This document shows positions 1 through 9,798 of a stretch of DNA of 64,000 bases, in pieces. The notes beneath the pieces are model-generated. The model was not told the DNA's origin, searched no databases, and worked only from the letters and a program-made list of their open reading frames with translations. The stretch's first letter is position 1, and each line of letters starts with the position of its first letter. The position numbers and the translations under genes were made by a program. The DNA comes from Bacillota bacterium. Its GTDB lineage: Bacteria; Bacillota; SHA-98; UBA4971. The DNA is taken from positions 129-64,128 of the forward strand of contig JASEJE010000020.1 in NCBI GenBank assembly GCA_030024085.1, given 5' to 3'.

Positions 1-423
1 TTGCCCGGGGTTAGTAGAATCGATACATGGAGGCAGGATTGGCTCCATCCGGAGTCTGCCGACATCCGCTGGCAAAGGGGGTCGATCGGTGTGAAATGGC
101 GATGCCAGGTGTGCGGTTACACCCACGACGGGGATCAGGCTCCGGAACGGTGCCCCAAGTGTGGTGCTCCCCGGGACAAGTTCGTTCAGATCGACGTGGA
201 TGCGGCAAACTTGATCGAGCGATCAAGAATGGGGAACGGTCTCCTGTGCAGGTTGATCTCGGCGAGCGAGGAACTCCTCGGCCTGGCCGAGGCCGGCATA
301 AGGGACAACCTCGATCCCACCTGCGTGCAACTGTATAAGCAGCTCACTGCGAGGGCGACCGAACTCCGCCAGGCCGCGAAGGCGGAGATCGCCGCGCACA
401 TGTCGAAGGGCAAGTGGGGCTGA
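1..423 (+). CDS. rubredoxin-like zinc-ribbon domain protein; 5' end lies outside the window
   Basis: ORF runs from the window edge. Contains CxxCGY...CPxCG rubredoxin-type metal-binding knuckles (WRCQVCGYTHDG...CPKCGAPRDKF) followed by ~90 aa of helical C-terminal region. Sits next to rubrerythrin. Confidence 0.5.
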   Translation: MPGVSRIDTWRQDWLHPESADIRWQRGSIGVKWRCQVCGYTHDGDQAPERCPKCGAPRDKFVQIDVDAANLIERSRMGNGLLCRLISASEELLGLAEAGIRDNLDPTCVQLYKQLTARATELRQAAKAEIAAHMSKGKWG

Positions 424-495
424 GAGACAGACAGCCTCGCCCTCGAGGAGCACAGACTGCACTGACCGGGCGGTAACACCGAGGACGATACTCTA

Positions 496-704
496 GGTAG
501 GTCGCCACAAGTTCGCGCTCCTTTTCGGCGGGTGAGTCCTGTCCGGGGTTGCCGGTGCTGCCCTCCGGGGACGGCGCGCTTGCGGCGCGCCTCGTTCGAA
601 TTTGGCGCGCGGGCTAGCCAAATTCTCGACGCCCCGTCGTGCAAGCACCGGCAACTCCAACACCGTCAGGGAAGATGGCGCAGACTTATGGCGCCATACT
701 TAGG
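496..704 (+). repeat. MITE-like palindromic structured repeat, copy 1 (variant 1: GTAGATCGCCACAAGTTCGCGC...GGCGCCATACTTAG)
   Basis: ~209 nt intergenic element. Core GGTTGCCGGTGCTGCCCTCCGGGGACGGCGCG...CGAATTTGGCGCGCGGGCTAGCCAAATTC...GTGCAAGCACCGGCAAC forms a long imperfect hairpin. Its ends are complementary (CGCCACAAGTTCGCGC / GCGCAGACTTATGGCG). Related copies occur at 6979, 22420, 31649, 35314, 41163, 63491 and 43335. Confidence 0.8.
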
Positions 705-917
705 TTTGCCGTAGCGAACGAAGGCGAACCACGAGGTCGAACACAGGAACGCAGAGTGAGCGGGGAGCCACGTGTTTTACAACGCATGACGGAGTCCTGC
801 CACGACACTTCGACGGCCCGACAACGGCTTCTGGGCTTCGGCAGGATCCCGGATGCCAGGTACCAGGTGCCCCGGGTCCCAATACCCGATCATCAGATTA
901 CCGGAGGTGCAAGAAGC

Positions 918-1451
918 ATGCAGCTCAAAGGATCGAAAACAGAGGCCAATCTCAAGGCCGCGTTCGCTGGCGAGTCGCAGGCAAGGAACAAGTACACCTA
1001 CTTCGCTTCCGTCGCCCGCAAGGAAGGCTACGAGCAGGTCGCCGCCATCTTCGAGGAGACCGCGAGCAACGAGAAAGAGCACGCGAAGTTGTGGGCGAAA
1101 GCCCTCGGCATGATTTCCGACACCGCCGCCAATCTCGAGGAAGCTGCAAGAGGCGAGCACTACGAGTGGACCGCCATGTACCGGGAATTCGCTGAGACGG
1201 CGCGCAGCGAAGGCTTTGAGGATCTCGCGAAAGCCTTCGAGGAGGTCGCCGAGGTCGAGGAGGCCCATGAGAAGCGTTATCGCGCACTTCTCCAGCGCAT
1301 CCACAGCGCGACGGTTTTCCGCCGCGACCGCCCCATCAGGTGGCACTGCAGGAACTGCGGGTACATCCATGAAGGCACCGAGCCACCGGAGATATGCCCG
1401 GCCTGCGCACACCCGAGGGCGTTCTATGAGCCTCTTGCCGAGAATTACTGA
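918..1451 (+). CDS. rbr: rubrerythrin
   Basis: 177 aa from ATG at 918, preceded by GGAGGTG. N-terminal ferritin-like diiron domain ([23 protein letters not shown]...EKEHAKLW) plus C-terminal rubredoxin-type CxxC...CxxC ([12 protein letters not shown]...CPACAHP). The ORF-track 5' extension (639-917) reads through the repeat and is not credited. Confidence 0.9.
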   Translation: MQLKGSKTEANLKAAFAGESQARNKYTYFASVARKEGYEQVAAIFEETASNEKEHAKLWAKALGMISDTAANLEEAARGEHYEWTAMYREFAETARSEGFEDLAKAFEEVAEVEEAHEKRYRALLQRIHSATVFRRDRPIRWHCRNCGYIHEGTEPPEICPACAHPRAFYEPLAENY

Positions 1452-1491
1452 GAGCTTCCGGTGAAACAGAAAAGCAAGGATGCTGATGGGA

Positions 1492-1524
1492 GGGACTGCG
1501 CTTTCGGGCGCGGTCCCTTCTTTG
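1492..1524 (+). terminator. intrinsic terminator downstream of rbr
   Basis: GGGACTGCGC-tttcgg-GCGCGGTCCC stem-loop followed by TTCTTTG. Confidence 0.55.
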
Positions 1525-1619
1525 TACCTTCCCACGGCTCATGTGATCGTCCCGGGTGCGATTTTTCTGTGCGAGGGGGACAGTTTCGGCAGGAGAAGCC
1601 CCCAGAGCCGGCGAAGATA

Positions 1620-1633
1620 TGTAACCGGCTACA
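1620..1633. promoter_or_regulatory. LacI/CcpA-family operator-like palindrome TGTAACCGGCTACA upstream of rbsR
   Basis: Near-perfect 14-bp palindrome matching the generic LacI-family/cre pattern TGTAAnCGnTTACA. A second, half-conserved site TGTAACCCATTGCA lies at 1686-1699 and overlaps the rbsR start. Confidence 0.45.
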
Positions 1634-1694
1634 GATAGCAATGCGAGCTACGATGGGCTTCTTGCATGGCTGGTAGGATGAGATATGTAACCCA

Positions 1695-2747
1695 TTGCAG
1701 CTCGGAAACGGGGATGGGAACATCACCACGATCTACGAAGTTGCAGAGCTTGCCGGGGTGTCGGTGGCCACCGCATCTAGGGCGCTCAACAATACCGGAT
1801 ACGTGAGCAAAGAGGCGAGAAGCCGCGTGTTGGAGGCGGCGCGCCGGCTCAACTACCACATCAACGTTAACGCCCGCAGCCTCACCAGCGGAAAGACCTA
1901 CACCATAGCCCTGGTGCTCCCCGACGTGACGAACCCGTTTTTCCCGGCGGTGGCGCGTGGTGTCGAGGATGCAGCGAGCAGAAAGGGCTACAGCGTCATC
2001 CTGTGTAACACCGACGGAAGCCCGCGAAAAGAGGCCGATTACCTCAACATGCTCAGGTCTCGGCGGGTCGATGGTATCGTCTTCACTACGTCAGAGCTTC
2101 CGGGTGCTCGGATCAGTAGCATCATAGGGGATTCCAGCGCCGTGGTGCTCGTGGACCGTGATCTCGATGAACCCTACGACATAGTGAAAACCGACAACGT
2201 CAAGGGCGGGTTCCTGGCCACGAGCCACCTGATCAGTCTCGGTCATACCCGGATCGCGGTCATATCAGGTCCCTTGAGCCTTACGACCGGCATGGAGAGG
2301 CTACAAGGTTACAGGGACGCCCTGGGTCAAGCGGGCATTCCTTTCGATGAATCGCTGGTAGTTGAAGGTGACTTCCGCCAGGAAGGGGGACGGGCCGCAA
2401 TGGAGCGCCTGATCGAGCAGTGCCGCGGGAGACCGTCCGCGAAGCTCTCAGCGGTGTTTGCCTGCAACGATCTCATGGCCGTGGGAGCGCTCACCGCTCT
2501 TGAGGAGCACGAGATCGCGGTGCCGTCAGAGGTCGCGATCGTCGGCTACGATGACATAGCCCTTGCTTCTGTGACGAGGCCGCGCCTGTCTACCGTGGCT
2601 CAGCCCAAGTACGAGATGGGCGTGCTTGCGGCGGAGATGCTCCTGCGGCGAATGGCCAACCCCAACCTTCCCAGGCAGCAAGAGGTCCTCCAACCGATGC
2701 TGGTGATCCGAGACTCCACACTTGAGAGGAGATCGAGATGCGGATGA
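1695..2747 (+). CDS. rbsR: LacI-family transcriptional regulator, ribose operon repressor-like
   Basis: N-terminal HTH ([22 protein letters not shown]) plus periplasmic-binding-protein-like sugar-binding core. First gene of an rbsK-A-C-D-B cluster. Probable TTG start. Confidence 0.85.
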   Translation: MQLGNGDGNITTIYEVAELAGVSVATASRALNNTGYVSKEARSRVLEAARRLNYHINVNARSLTSGKTYTIALVLPDVTNPFFPAVARGVEDAASRKGYSVILCNTDGSPRKEADYLNMLRSRRVDGIVFTTSELPGARISSIIGDSSAVVLVDRDLDEPYDIVKTDNVKGGFLATSHLISLGHTRIAVISGPLSLTTGMERLQGYRDALGQAGIPFDESLVVEGDFRQEGGRAAMERLIEQCRGRPSAKLSAVFACNDLMAVGALTALEEHEIAVPSEVAIVGYDDIALASVTRPRLSTVAQPKYEMGVLAAEMLLRRMANPNLPRQQEVLQPMLVIRDSTLERRSRCG

Positions 2748-3856
2748 GCATAGTGGTTGTCGGCAGCTTGAACATGGACTATGTCATGCAGGTTGATGAG
2801 CTGCCCCGCCCTGGGGAAACGGTGTTTTCAACACGGTACACCACCGCTCCAGGGGGCAAGGGCGCAAACCAGGCAGCGGCGGCTGCACGTCTTGGAGCCG
2901 AAGTCAAGATGCTCGGCTGCACGGGCGACGACGCGGCCGGGCGGGCGCTTCTTGGAAGCCTCCAGGCGTTTGGGGTTGACGTTTCTGCGGTGCGGGTCGA
3001 AGCGTCGGAGCCGACTGGGTCTGCCTTCATTACCGTATCTTCCTCAGGCGCCAATACCATAGTGGTGCATCGGGGGGCGAATTTCGCGCTGACGCCAGAG
3101 CGTTGCCGAGAGTGTGAGGGCCTCATCGCGCAGGCAAACGTGCTCGTGACCCAACTTGAGATCCCGCTTGATGCCGTCGTCGCAGCCCTCGAGATAGGTC
3201 GCCGCCATCACGTGATAACGGTCCTCAACCCTGCTCCTTCTGTTCCGATCCCCGGCAATGTGCTGGAACTTGCCGATTACCTCGTCCCCAACGAAACGGA
3301 GGCCGCCTCCCTTGCCTGTCACATGGCGAAACGGGGTGCTGGCAGCGAGGCTGCTGTGGGCGCCTCTGACCTCTCCGACCCGCGACAGGCAGCCGCGGTT
3401 GCAGCCCGGCTCGCGGAAGCTACGTGCGGCACGGTCGTCATAACCCTCGGTAAGAACGGCTGTGTCTGCTCAACACCAGCGCGCATGCCATCTTCGGCTA
3501 ACGTGAACGCCAGTGGGCGGGCGGAGAAACGTGGTGTCGTCGGAGCACGCGTGGCAAACGACGAATCCCCTGGAAGGCAGCGAAACCTTGCGATACCAGC
3601 GTTTAAGGTGAGGGCAGTCGATACCACGGCGGCCGGGGATGCCTTCGTAGGCGCGCTGGCCTATAGACTGGACCGCGCACGTGCTGCAAGTGGCACCGGC
3701 CTTCATCGATTCGATCTCGAGGAAGCCCTGCGTTTTGCGTCGGCCGCCGGGGCCCTCGCCACCACGAAGGTCGGGGCTCAGCCGTCCCTGCCGACGTTTC
3801 ATGAGGTTGCCGAGTTCATGAGAGCGTGCACCAATGAGAGCGAGCAACGGGGGTAG
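2738..3856 (+). CDS. rbsK: ribokinase (PfkB family) with an internal low-complexity insertion
   Basis: [27 protein letters not shown]...[15 protein letters not shown] and C-terminal DTTAAGDAF anion-hole motif. ~70 aa longer than typical, owing to an inserted Ser/Ala/Gly-rich segment. Confidence 0.85.
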   Translation: MRMSIVVVGSLNMDYVMQVDELPRPGETVFSTRYTTAPGGKGANQAAAAARLGAEVKMLGCTGDDAAGRALLGSLQAFGVDVSAVRVEASEPTGSAFITVSSSGANTIVVHRGANFALTPERCRECEGLIAQANVLVTQLEIPLDAVVAALEIGRRHHVITVLNPAPSVPIPGNVLELADYLVPNETEAASLACHMAKRGAGSEAAVGASDLSDPRQAAAVAARLAEATCGTVVITLGKNGCVCSTPARMPSSANVNASGRAEKRGVVGARVANDESPGRQRNLAIPAFKVRAVDTTAAGDAFVGALAYRLDRARAASGTGLHRFDLEEALRFASAAGALATTKVGAQPSLPTFHEVAEFMRACTNESEQRG

Positions 3857-3862
3857 GGTCTT

Positions 3863-5452
3863 GTGAGCAACAACAGCCTGCGTGCAGGCGGACTACGGCA
3901 AAGCCGCGCCAGGTTACAGCAAGACAGCAAGGCCAACCAGCCCATTCTAGAAATGGTCGGCATCACCAAGCGTTTCCCTGGGGTTCTCGCCCTCGACTCG
4001 GTGGACTTCCGGCTCATGCGGGGCGAGGTTCACGCGATCGTCGGCGAAAACGGAGCGGGCAAATCCACACTCATAAAGATCCTCGCCGGCGCTCACCAGA
4101 GGGACGCGGGCACCGTGTACCTCGACGGGCGGCCGGTGAGCATATCGTCCCCCGCCGACGCTGCGCGCCTCGGCATCAGCGTGATATACCAGGAATTCAC
4201 GCTCGTCCCGGCGATGACCGTGGCAGAGAACATACTGCTTTCGGACCTACCTGTGCGTCGGGGCGGGATGCTCGACAAGCGCGCCATCGTTTCCTGCGCA
4301 AAAGACGTGCTCGACGACCTGGGCGTCGACATCCCTGTGACTGCAACCGTCAGGTCGCTACGGGTGGCAGAACAACAGATAGTGGAGATAGCCAAGGCCC
4401 TGTCGCGCAAGGCCAGGATCATTGTGATGGATGAACCTACCGCCGCGCTAAGCGAGATGGAGGTCGCCCGGCTGTTCTCCATCATCCACTCCATGGTCGA
4501 GCAGGGCGTTTCCATCATCTACATATCCCATAAGCTCGATGAAGTGTTCAGGATAGCCGATACCATCACCGTCCTCAGGGACGGCCGGAGGGTCTCGACC
4601 ACGCCTACTTCCCTTCTCACGCTCACGAAGGAACGGATCGTCCACGAGATGGTCGGGAGAGACCTCGGAAACATGTTCCCAAAGGAGGAGGTCGCTCCAG
4701 GCGACGTAGTGCTCGAGGTGAAGAATCTGCGCCTACCAGGGGGGCCGTCTCCCATCTCGTTCAGCGTCAGGGCTGGCGAGATAGTCGGGGTAGTCGGCCT
4801 GATGGGCGCGGGGCAAATCAGATTGGCAAGGGCGCTCTTCGGTCTGGAGCGGATCGCCGGGGGCGAGGTGAAGATCAGGGGAAAGGCTGCTGACCTGCGG
4901 TCGCCGCTTTCTGCGGTGCATGCGGGTATCGGGTTGGTGACGGAGAACCGCAAGGAAGAAGGCCTCGTGCTGCCGCTATCGGTCGCCAGGAACATCACGC
5001 TTGGCAGCCTTGACCATGTGTCAACGCTGGGCGTGGTGTCGCAGAGGAAAGAAAGGGCCGTAGTGGATGAGAAAGTGGCCGAGCTCGGCATCAAGACCCC
5101 GTCGATTCGCCAGCTCGTGCGCAACCTGTCCGGAGGGAACCAGCAGAAGGTCGTCCTGGCGAAGTGGCTTACTGTCGATCCGGACGTCATAGTCCTCTGC
5201 GAGCCTACGCGCGGGATCGATGTCGGCGCGAAGGTGGAGATATACAGGTTGATGGGGCTCATGGCGTGGCAGGGTAAGGCCATTCTCCTGATCTCATCGG
5301 AAGTGCCCGAAGTGGTCGCCATGAGCGATAGGGTCCTGGTCATGCACTCCGGCAGCGTCGTATGCGATCTCCCCAGGGAAGAAGTCTCGCAGGAGTCAGT
5401 CATGCAGTACGCGACAGGAGGGAACGCCCTTGGGTCGCACATCGTTAGCTGA
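3863..5452 (+). CDS. rbsA: ribose ABC transporter ATP-binding protein (two fused ABC domains)
   Basis: Two Walker A motifs (GENGAGKST; GLMGAGQ) and an LSGGNQQKVVLAKWL signature. True start is probably a little downstream of the ORF-track start, near LEMVGITKRFPGV. Confidence 0.9.
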   Translation: MSNNSLRAGGLRQSRARLQQDSKANQPILEMVGITKRFPGVLALDSVDFRLMRGEVHAIVGENGAGKSTLIKILAGAHQRDAGTVYLDGRPVSISSPADAARLGISVIYQEFTLVPAMTVAENILLSDLPVRRGGMLDKRAIVSCAKDVLDDLGVDIPVTATVRSLRVAEQQIVEIAKALSRKARIIVMDEPTAALSEMEVARLFSIIHSMVEQGVSIIYISHKLDEVFRIADTITVLRDGRRVSTTPTSLLTLTKERIVHEMVGRDLGNMFPKEEVAPGDVVLEVKNLRLPGGPSPISFSVRAGEIVGVVGLMGAGQIRLARALFGLERIAGGEVKIRGKAADLRSPLSAVHAGIGLVTENRKEEGLVLPLSVARNITLGSLDHVSTLGVVSQRKERAVVDEKVAELGIKTPSIRQLVRNLSGGNQQKVVLAKWLTVDPDVIVLCEPTRGIDVGAKVEIYRLMGLMAWQGKAILLISSEVPEVVAMSDRVLVMHSGSVVCDLPREEVSQESVMQYATGGNALGSHIVS

Positions 5453-6428
5453 AATCGTCAAACGGTTCGGGATGGCTTTAATGCTGATAGCCATCATTGC
5501 CGTAGTGTCAGTGCTCAACCCCAGGTTCTTCAGCGTCTCCAACTTCCTCATAATCATGCGCCAGGTTGCGATCAACGGCACCCTGGCTGCTGGCATGACC
5601 ATGGTCATCATTTCGGGAGGCATCGATCTCTCCGTCGGCGGAAATGTGGCCTTCGCGGGGTGTCTCGCAGCAGGAGCCTTGCGTGCGACCTCCAGCCCGG
5701 TGCTAGCGATCCTCGCTGGGCTGGCGGTCGGCGTGGCGGTGGGGCTCGTCAACGGGCTGTTCGTCGCCTACCCGAAGATGCCCCCGTTCATCGTCACGCT
5801 GGCAACTCTGGCTCTGTGCCGCGGGCTGACTCTGGTCTACACAGGCGGCCGCCCACTCCTGGTCGATTCGAGGGTATTCGACTTCCTGGGAGGCGGCTTC
5901 GTATGGGGAATCCCGTTCCCAGTGTTGATCATGGTGGGGATCTACGCTCTCGTTTACTTCCTCACGAACAACACCAAATTCGGCAGGATGGTCTATGCTA
6001 TCGGCGGAAACGAGCAGGCCTGCCGCCTCTCTGGTATCAATGTGGAGAAGTTCAAAACGGCAGTGTACACGCTCAGCGGCCTCACTGCCGGCATTGCCGC
6101 GGTCATCCTTACGGCCCGTCTCATGTCTGCGCAGCCCACGGCAGGCGCCGGGTATGAGCTCGACGCCATTGCCGCTGTCATTCTCGGAGGGACCAGCCTG
6201 TCCGGTGGAGAGGGAGGGATAACCGGAACGGTGATCGGCGCGTTCATCATAGGGGTTTTGGCCAACGGCCTTAACCTCCTGAACGTCTCCCCGTTCTACC
6301 AGGAGGTGGCAAAGGGACTCGTGATCCTGGCGGCAGTGCTCATGGATAAGCTTATCCACACCACTGCCACCCAAGTTGAGGGTGTGCCCTTGGTGGGCGA
6401 ACGTGTGGACGCACACCAGAAACAGTAA
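5430..6428 (+). CDS. rbsC: ribose ABC transporter permease
   Basis: Multi-TM branched-chain/ribose permease family sequence. Its start overlaps the rbsA stop, consistent with translational coupling. Confidence 0.9.
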   Translation: MGRTSLAEIVKRFGMALMLIAIIAVVSVLNPRFFSVSNFLIIMRQVAINGTLAAGMTMVIISGGIDLSVGGNVAFAGCLAAGALRATSSPVLAILAGLAVGVAVGLVNGLFVAYPKMPPFIVTLATLALCRGLTLVYTGGRPLLVDSRVFDFLGGGFVWGIPFPVLIMVGIYALVYFLTNNTKFGRMVYAIGGNEQACRLSGINVEKFKTAVYTLSGLTAGIAAVILTARLMSAQPTAGAGYELDAIAAVILGGTSLSGGEGGITGTVIGAFIIGVLANGLNLLNVSPFYQEVAKGLVILAAVLMDKLIHTTATQVEGVPLVGERVDAHQKQ

Positions 6429-6527
6429 TGGCAACGACCGGTCGATAACCGAGGATCAGCCGAGAACGAGGGGCCGGCCCGTAACCAGCAAGAATTCAGC
6501 CGGTAGGCGCGTGGAGGTCGAGGTACG

Positions 6528-6944
6528 TTGAAAAAGTCCGGAATCATCAATCCATGCCTGTGCGAGGCCATTGCCAGCCTTGGACATACCGATTCGCTGA
6601 CAATATGCGACGCAGGGCTGCCCATTCCAGCAGGTGTGAAGCGGATCGACGTTACTGTCTCCAGAGGTGTGCCCACGTTCGCGCAAGTTCTGTCAGCGAT
6701 CGCACTAGAGCTCGAGGTCGAGCGGGCCGTGATGGCGGAGGAAGCCGTGAGTGAGAACCCTGAGGTCGTGGAGTTGGTCCGAAGCACGTATCCTGGGGTC
6801 ACAGTCGAGTTCGTCCCCCATGAGCGTTTCAAGAAGCTGGTCGAGCAGAGTAAAGCGGTGGTGCGGACGGCGGAGTTCAAGCCCTTTTCCAACGTGCTCC
6901 TCTACTCAGGGGTTGCGGGGCTGTTCGAGAGATCCGCCGGATAG
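6528..6944 (+). CDS. rbsD: D-ribose pyranase
   Basis: MKKSGIINPCLCEAIASLGHTDSLTICDAGLPIP matches the RbsD N-terminal signature. Confidence 0.9.
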   Translation: MKKSGIINPCLCEAIASLGHTDSLTICDAGLPIPAGVKRIDVTVSRGVPTFAQVLSAIALELEVERAVMAEEAVSENPEVVELVRSTYPGVTVEFVPHERFKKLVEQSKAVVRTAEFKPFSNVLLYSGVAGLFERSAG

Positions 6945-6978
6945 CCGACAGCAAAGAGGAGGTGGTAAACCGAGGACT

Positions 6979-7170
6979 CTAAGTGTGAGTTCAGAAATCC
7001 GTGCCGGTTTGGGAGAGGATTCCGGGTTGCCGGTGCTTGCACGACGGGGCGTCGAGAATTTGGCTAGCCTTAAGCGCCAAATTCGAACGAGGCTCACCGC
7101 ACGCGCCGTCCCTGGAGGGCAGTACCGGCAACCCTGGAAAAGTGGCGGTGATTTCTGAACCCACACTTAG
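6979..7170. repeat. MITE-like palindromic structured repeat, copy 2 (variant 2, TIR CTAAGTGTGAGTTCAGAAATC / GATTTCTGAACCCACACTTAG), inside the rbs operon
   Basis: Same hairpin core as copy 1 in the opposite orientation, with ~21-bp near-perfect terminal inverted repeats. Located between rbsD and rbsB. Confidence 0.8.
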
Positions 7171-7185
7171 TGGGATTCCAACAAG

Positions 7186-8163
7186 GTGTTGCCCGGTGTC
7201 ACAGATGTCGTCAGTGTCTCGGTGCCGTGCTCCCAAATCTTACGCGAAAGGCAGGTCAGTCACATGAAGGCGTCTAGAATCCTTGTGGCCATTCTGTGTG
7301 TAGCCCTTTTCGCAACCCTGACAGGCTTTACGGCAGCGGCGACGAAACCGAAGGCAGGTCTTGCCATATCTACGCTCAACAACCCGTTCTTCGTGGACCT
7401 CAGAGACGGGGCGCTCGAGGCAGCCGCCAAGGTTGGAATGGAGGTCAACGTGGCGGACGCCCAGAATGACCCCAACAAGCAGCTCAGCCAGGTCGAGAAC
7501 TTCATCCAGGAACGCGTTGATATAATCCTGGTCAACCCGTGCGACTCTGCGGCTATCGTGCCCGCGATAAAATCGGCCAACGCCGCCAAGATACCCGTGA
7601 TCACGGTGGATAGGGGAGCCGACGGCGGCAATGTGGTATGCCACATCGCGTCCGACAACGTCGAAGGCGGGCGGATGGCCGCCGAGTACCTCGCGAAGCT
7701 CCTCAACTACAAGGGCAGGGTCGTGGAGCTCGAAGGCATACCCGGAACCTCGGCCGCGAGGGACAGGGGCAAGGGCTTCAACGAGATCATCAAGAAGTAC
7801 CCCAACATCCAGGTGGTGGCGAGGCAAGAAGCCGGGTTCGACAGGGCCAGGGGCATGACTGTCATGGAAAACATCCTCCAGGCGCAACCCGCCATCGACG
7901 GGCTCTTCTGCCACAACGACGAGATGGCTCTTGGCGCCCTGCGCGCCATCGAGGCCGCCGGCCGTCTCTCGGCCGTCAAGATCGTTGGGTTCGATGCGAC
8001 CGACGATGCCGTGAAGGCCGTGAAGGAAGGCAAGATGGCAGCCACGGTCGCCCAGAAGCCGCGAACCATGGGAGCCATCGCAGTAGAGACGGCCAGGAAG
8101 GTGCTTGACGGTGCAAGCGTTAACGAGTTCATACCTGTCCCGCTCGAGCTTGTCACGAAATAG
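7186..8163 (+). CDS. rbsB: ribose ABC transporter substrate-binding lipoprotein/periplasmic protein
   Basis: Probable start at MKASRILVAILCVALFATLTG (~7264), giving a signal peptide. Type-I periplasmic binding fold motifs (INNPFFVDL...ILVNPCDSAA...FDATDDAVKAVKEGKMAATVAQ). The ORF-track 5' end overlaps the repeat. Confidence 0.9.
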   Translation: MLPGVTDVVSVSVPCSQILRERQVSHMKASRILVAILCVALFATLTGFTAAATKPKAGLAISTLNNPFFVDLRDGALEAAAKVGMEVNVADAQNDPNKQLSQVENFIQERVDIILVNPCDSAAIVPAIKSANAAKIPVITVDRGADGGNVVCHIASDNVEGGRMAAEYLAKLLNYKGRVVELEGIPGTSAARDRGKGFNEIIKKYPNIQVVARQEAGFDRARGMTVMENILQAQPAIDGLFCHNDEMALGALRAIEAAGRLSAVKIVGFDATDDAVKAVKEGKMAATVAQKPRTMGAIAVETARKVLDGASVNEFIPVPLELVTK

Positions 8164-8202
8164 CCTGTAGGCGAGGCTTGACCTGACGTTGGATGACCAG
8201 AG

Positions 8203-8466
8203 GTGGGGCGGGGCCGCAACCCCCGCCTCGCCGTACGTAGAGGAAGCAGGTACGGCATGACATCGGAACATGACGCCGACAGCAATGCAAGGCCTGTAAT
8301 CCTCGATTGCGGCCCGGGCCATGACGATGCCCCGGCGATCCCACTCGCGGCGGCGTCGCCGGAACTGAAGATACTCGGGATCACCACAGTGTGTGGCAAC
8401 ACCGCACTCGGCGACTCCGCCACGAACACCCTGCGCCTGGTGAGTTTCGCAGGCCCGGACCCATGA
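8203..8466 (+). pseudogene. N-terminal fragment of an inosine-uridine-preferring nucleoside hydrolase (IU-NH)
   Basis: PVILDCGPGHDDAPAIPLAAASPELKILGITTVCGNTAL is the IU-NH N-terminal aspartate/histidine cluster motif (DxDxGxDDxxAI). The ORF stops after 87 aa (enzymes are ~310 aa) and the next gene starts 120 bp later, so the remainder of the gene is absent. Confidence 0.55.
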
Positions 8467-8585
8467 TCGGTTGCGAGAGGCGCGGCGAGGCCCCTCGGCC
8501 CCTCCTTGCCAGGCTGCGCGCAGGGTGAGGAGCCGGCCCCGTCAACCCGCGATGAGAGTAACCAGGCCATTCCCTGGCAACATTA

Positions 8586-9644
8586 TTGGCGTTGGGGGGA
8601 ATGGCCATGAAGCGCATCTATAAGCATGTCTGCACATTCTTCAGGGTCTTCAAGTTCTGGGCTGGCGCGACGCGTGCCTCTTTCGCGTCGGCGAGCATGG
8701 TCCCGGTGGTGCTCGGCGGCGCCGTCGCGGCCGCCCACGGCGCCTTTGCCGTGGGGCCGTTCCTGTTGAGTGCCGTTGGAGTGCTCGCCCTGCACCTTGC
8801 GGCGAACCTCGTCAACGACTACTACGACTATACGAGCGGCGCGGACGTGATCCGCGACAGCCACACGCCTCTTTATGGCGGCGGGACGATCCTCGTTGAC
8901 GGAACGCTGATCCCGCGGCAGGTGTCGCGGGCATACAGGTTCCTCTACGCGGCGGCGCTCCTCGCAGGGATCGCCCTCGCAGCAATGCGCGGCGCTGGCG
9001 GTGCTGGCGTGCTCGCCTTTGGCTTTGCAGGCTCTCTATGCGGGTACTTTTATACCGCGCCGCCCCTCCGCCTCTCCTACGTGGGGCTCGGCGAGGCCAC
9101 GATAGGGCTATGCTTCGGGCCGCTCACCGTGGCTGGCGTCTACTTCGTGCAAACCGGCAGGCTTGGCGCGGAGGCCATGGAGGCTCTGGTCGCTTCACTC
9201 CCAGTGGGCCTCCTTGTGGCTGCCATAGTATTCGTCAACGAGTTCCCTGACCGCGCGTCCGACGGCGCTGCCGGCAAGCGCACAGTCGTGGTGCGCCTCC
9301 CCCTGCGCGCGGCCCTCGCCTGCTACGCCGCGCTCGTGCTGGCGCCGTTCGCCGTCATCGCCAGCGCCATCCAGCTCGGGCTACTCCCGCACGGCGCCGC
9401 TCTCGCGTTTCTCGGCCTGCCCCTCGCCGTGCTGGGCATCAGGAACCTGCGCGCCGCCTATGCCACTTCGGGTACGCGGCGTGCCGGTGCAGGCGCCAGC
9501 GCCCCAGGCGCCCACGAGTCCTCCACCGCCTGTACCGCGTACGTTACGTCCCGCCAGGTGGTAGCCAGCATCTCAACTATCCTGCTACACCTCGCGGTGG
9601 GCCTGCTCCTCTCGCTGGCTTTCGTCGTGCAGTTGTTTAGCTGA
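8586..9644 (+). CDS. UbiA-family prenyltransferase (MenA / 1,4-dihydroxy-2-naphthoate prenyltransferase-like)
   Basis: Polytopic membrane protein with NDYYDYTSGAD (MenA/UbiA Asp-rich motif) and a second Asp-rich region NEFPDRASD. Likely start MKRIYKH (~8607). Confidence 0.7.
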   Translation: MALGGMAMKRIYKHVCTFFRVFKFWAGATRASFASASMVPVVLGGAVAAAHGAFAVGPFLLSAVGVLALHLAANLVNDYYDYTSGADVIRDSHTPLYGGGTILVDGTLIPRQVSRAYRFLYAAALLAGIALAAMRGAGGAGVLAFGFAGSLCGYFYTAPPLRLSYVGLGEATIGLCFGPLTVAGVYFVQTGRLGAEAMEALVASLPVGLLVAAIVFVNEFPDRASDGAAGKRTVVVRLPLRAALACYAALVLAPFAVIASAIQLGLLPHGAALAFLGLPLAVLGIRNLRAAYATSGTRRAGAGASAPGAHESSTACTAYVTSRQVVASISTILLHLAVGLLLSLAFVVQLFS

Positions 9645-9798
9645 GGCGCCCGTGCATCGTCGGTACCCCAGGCCGCTCGCCTGCTCGCTGGCTTGCCCTG
9701 GGCCGGAGGGAGATCACCAGATCGGCATCCAGGGCGCGAACCAGCTTCTTTAGGCTGTTGTTCTGGCTGCAGGCTATGAGCGAACGCACGAGACAGGT

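Noticed and set aside
532-714. Small ORFs inside the MITE-like repeats (532-714, 6906-7166, 6991-7236, 31450-31791, 41190-41522, 35320-35565)
   Set aside because: The same 'protein' appears in different frames and strands depending on element orientation. These are simply translations of the palindromic repeat.
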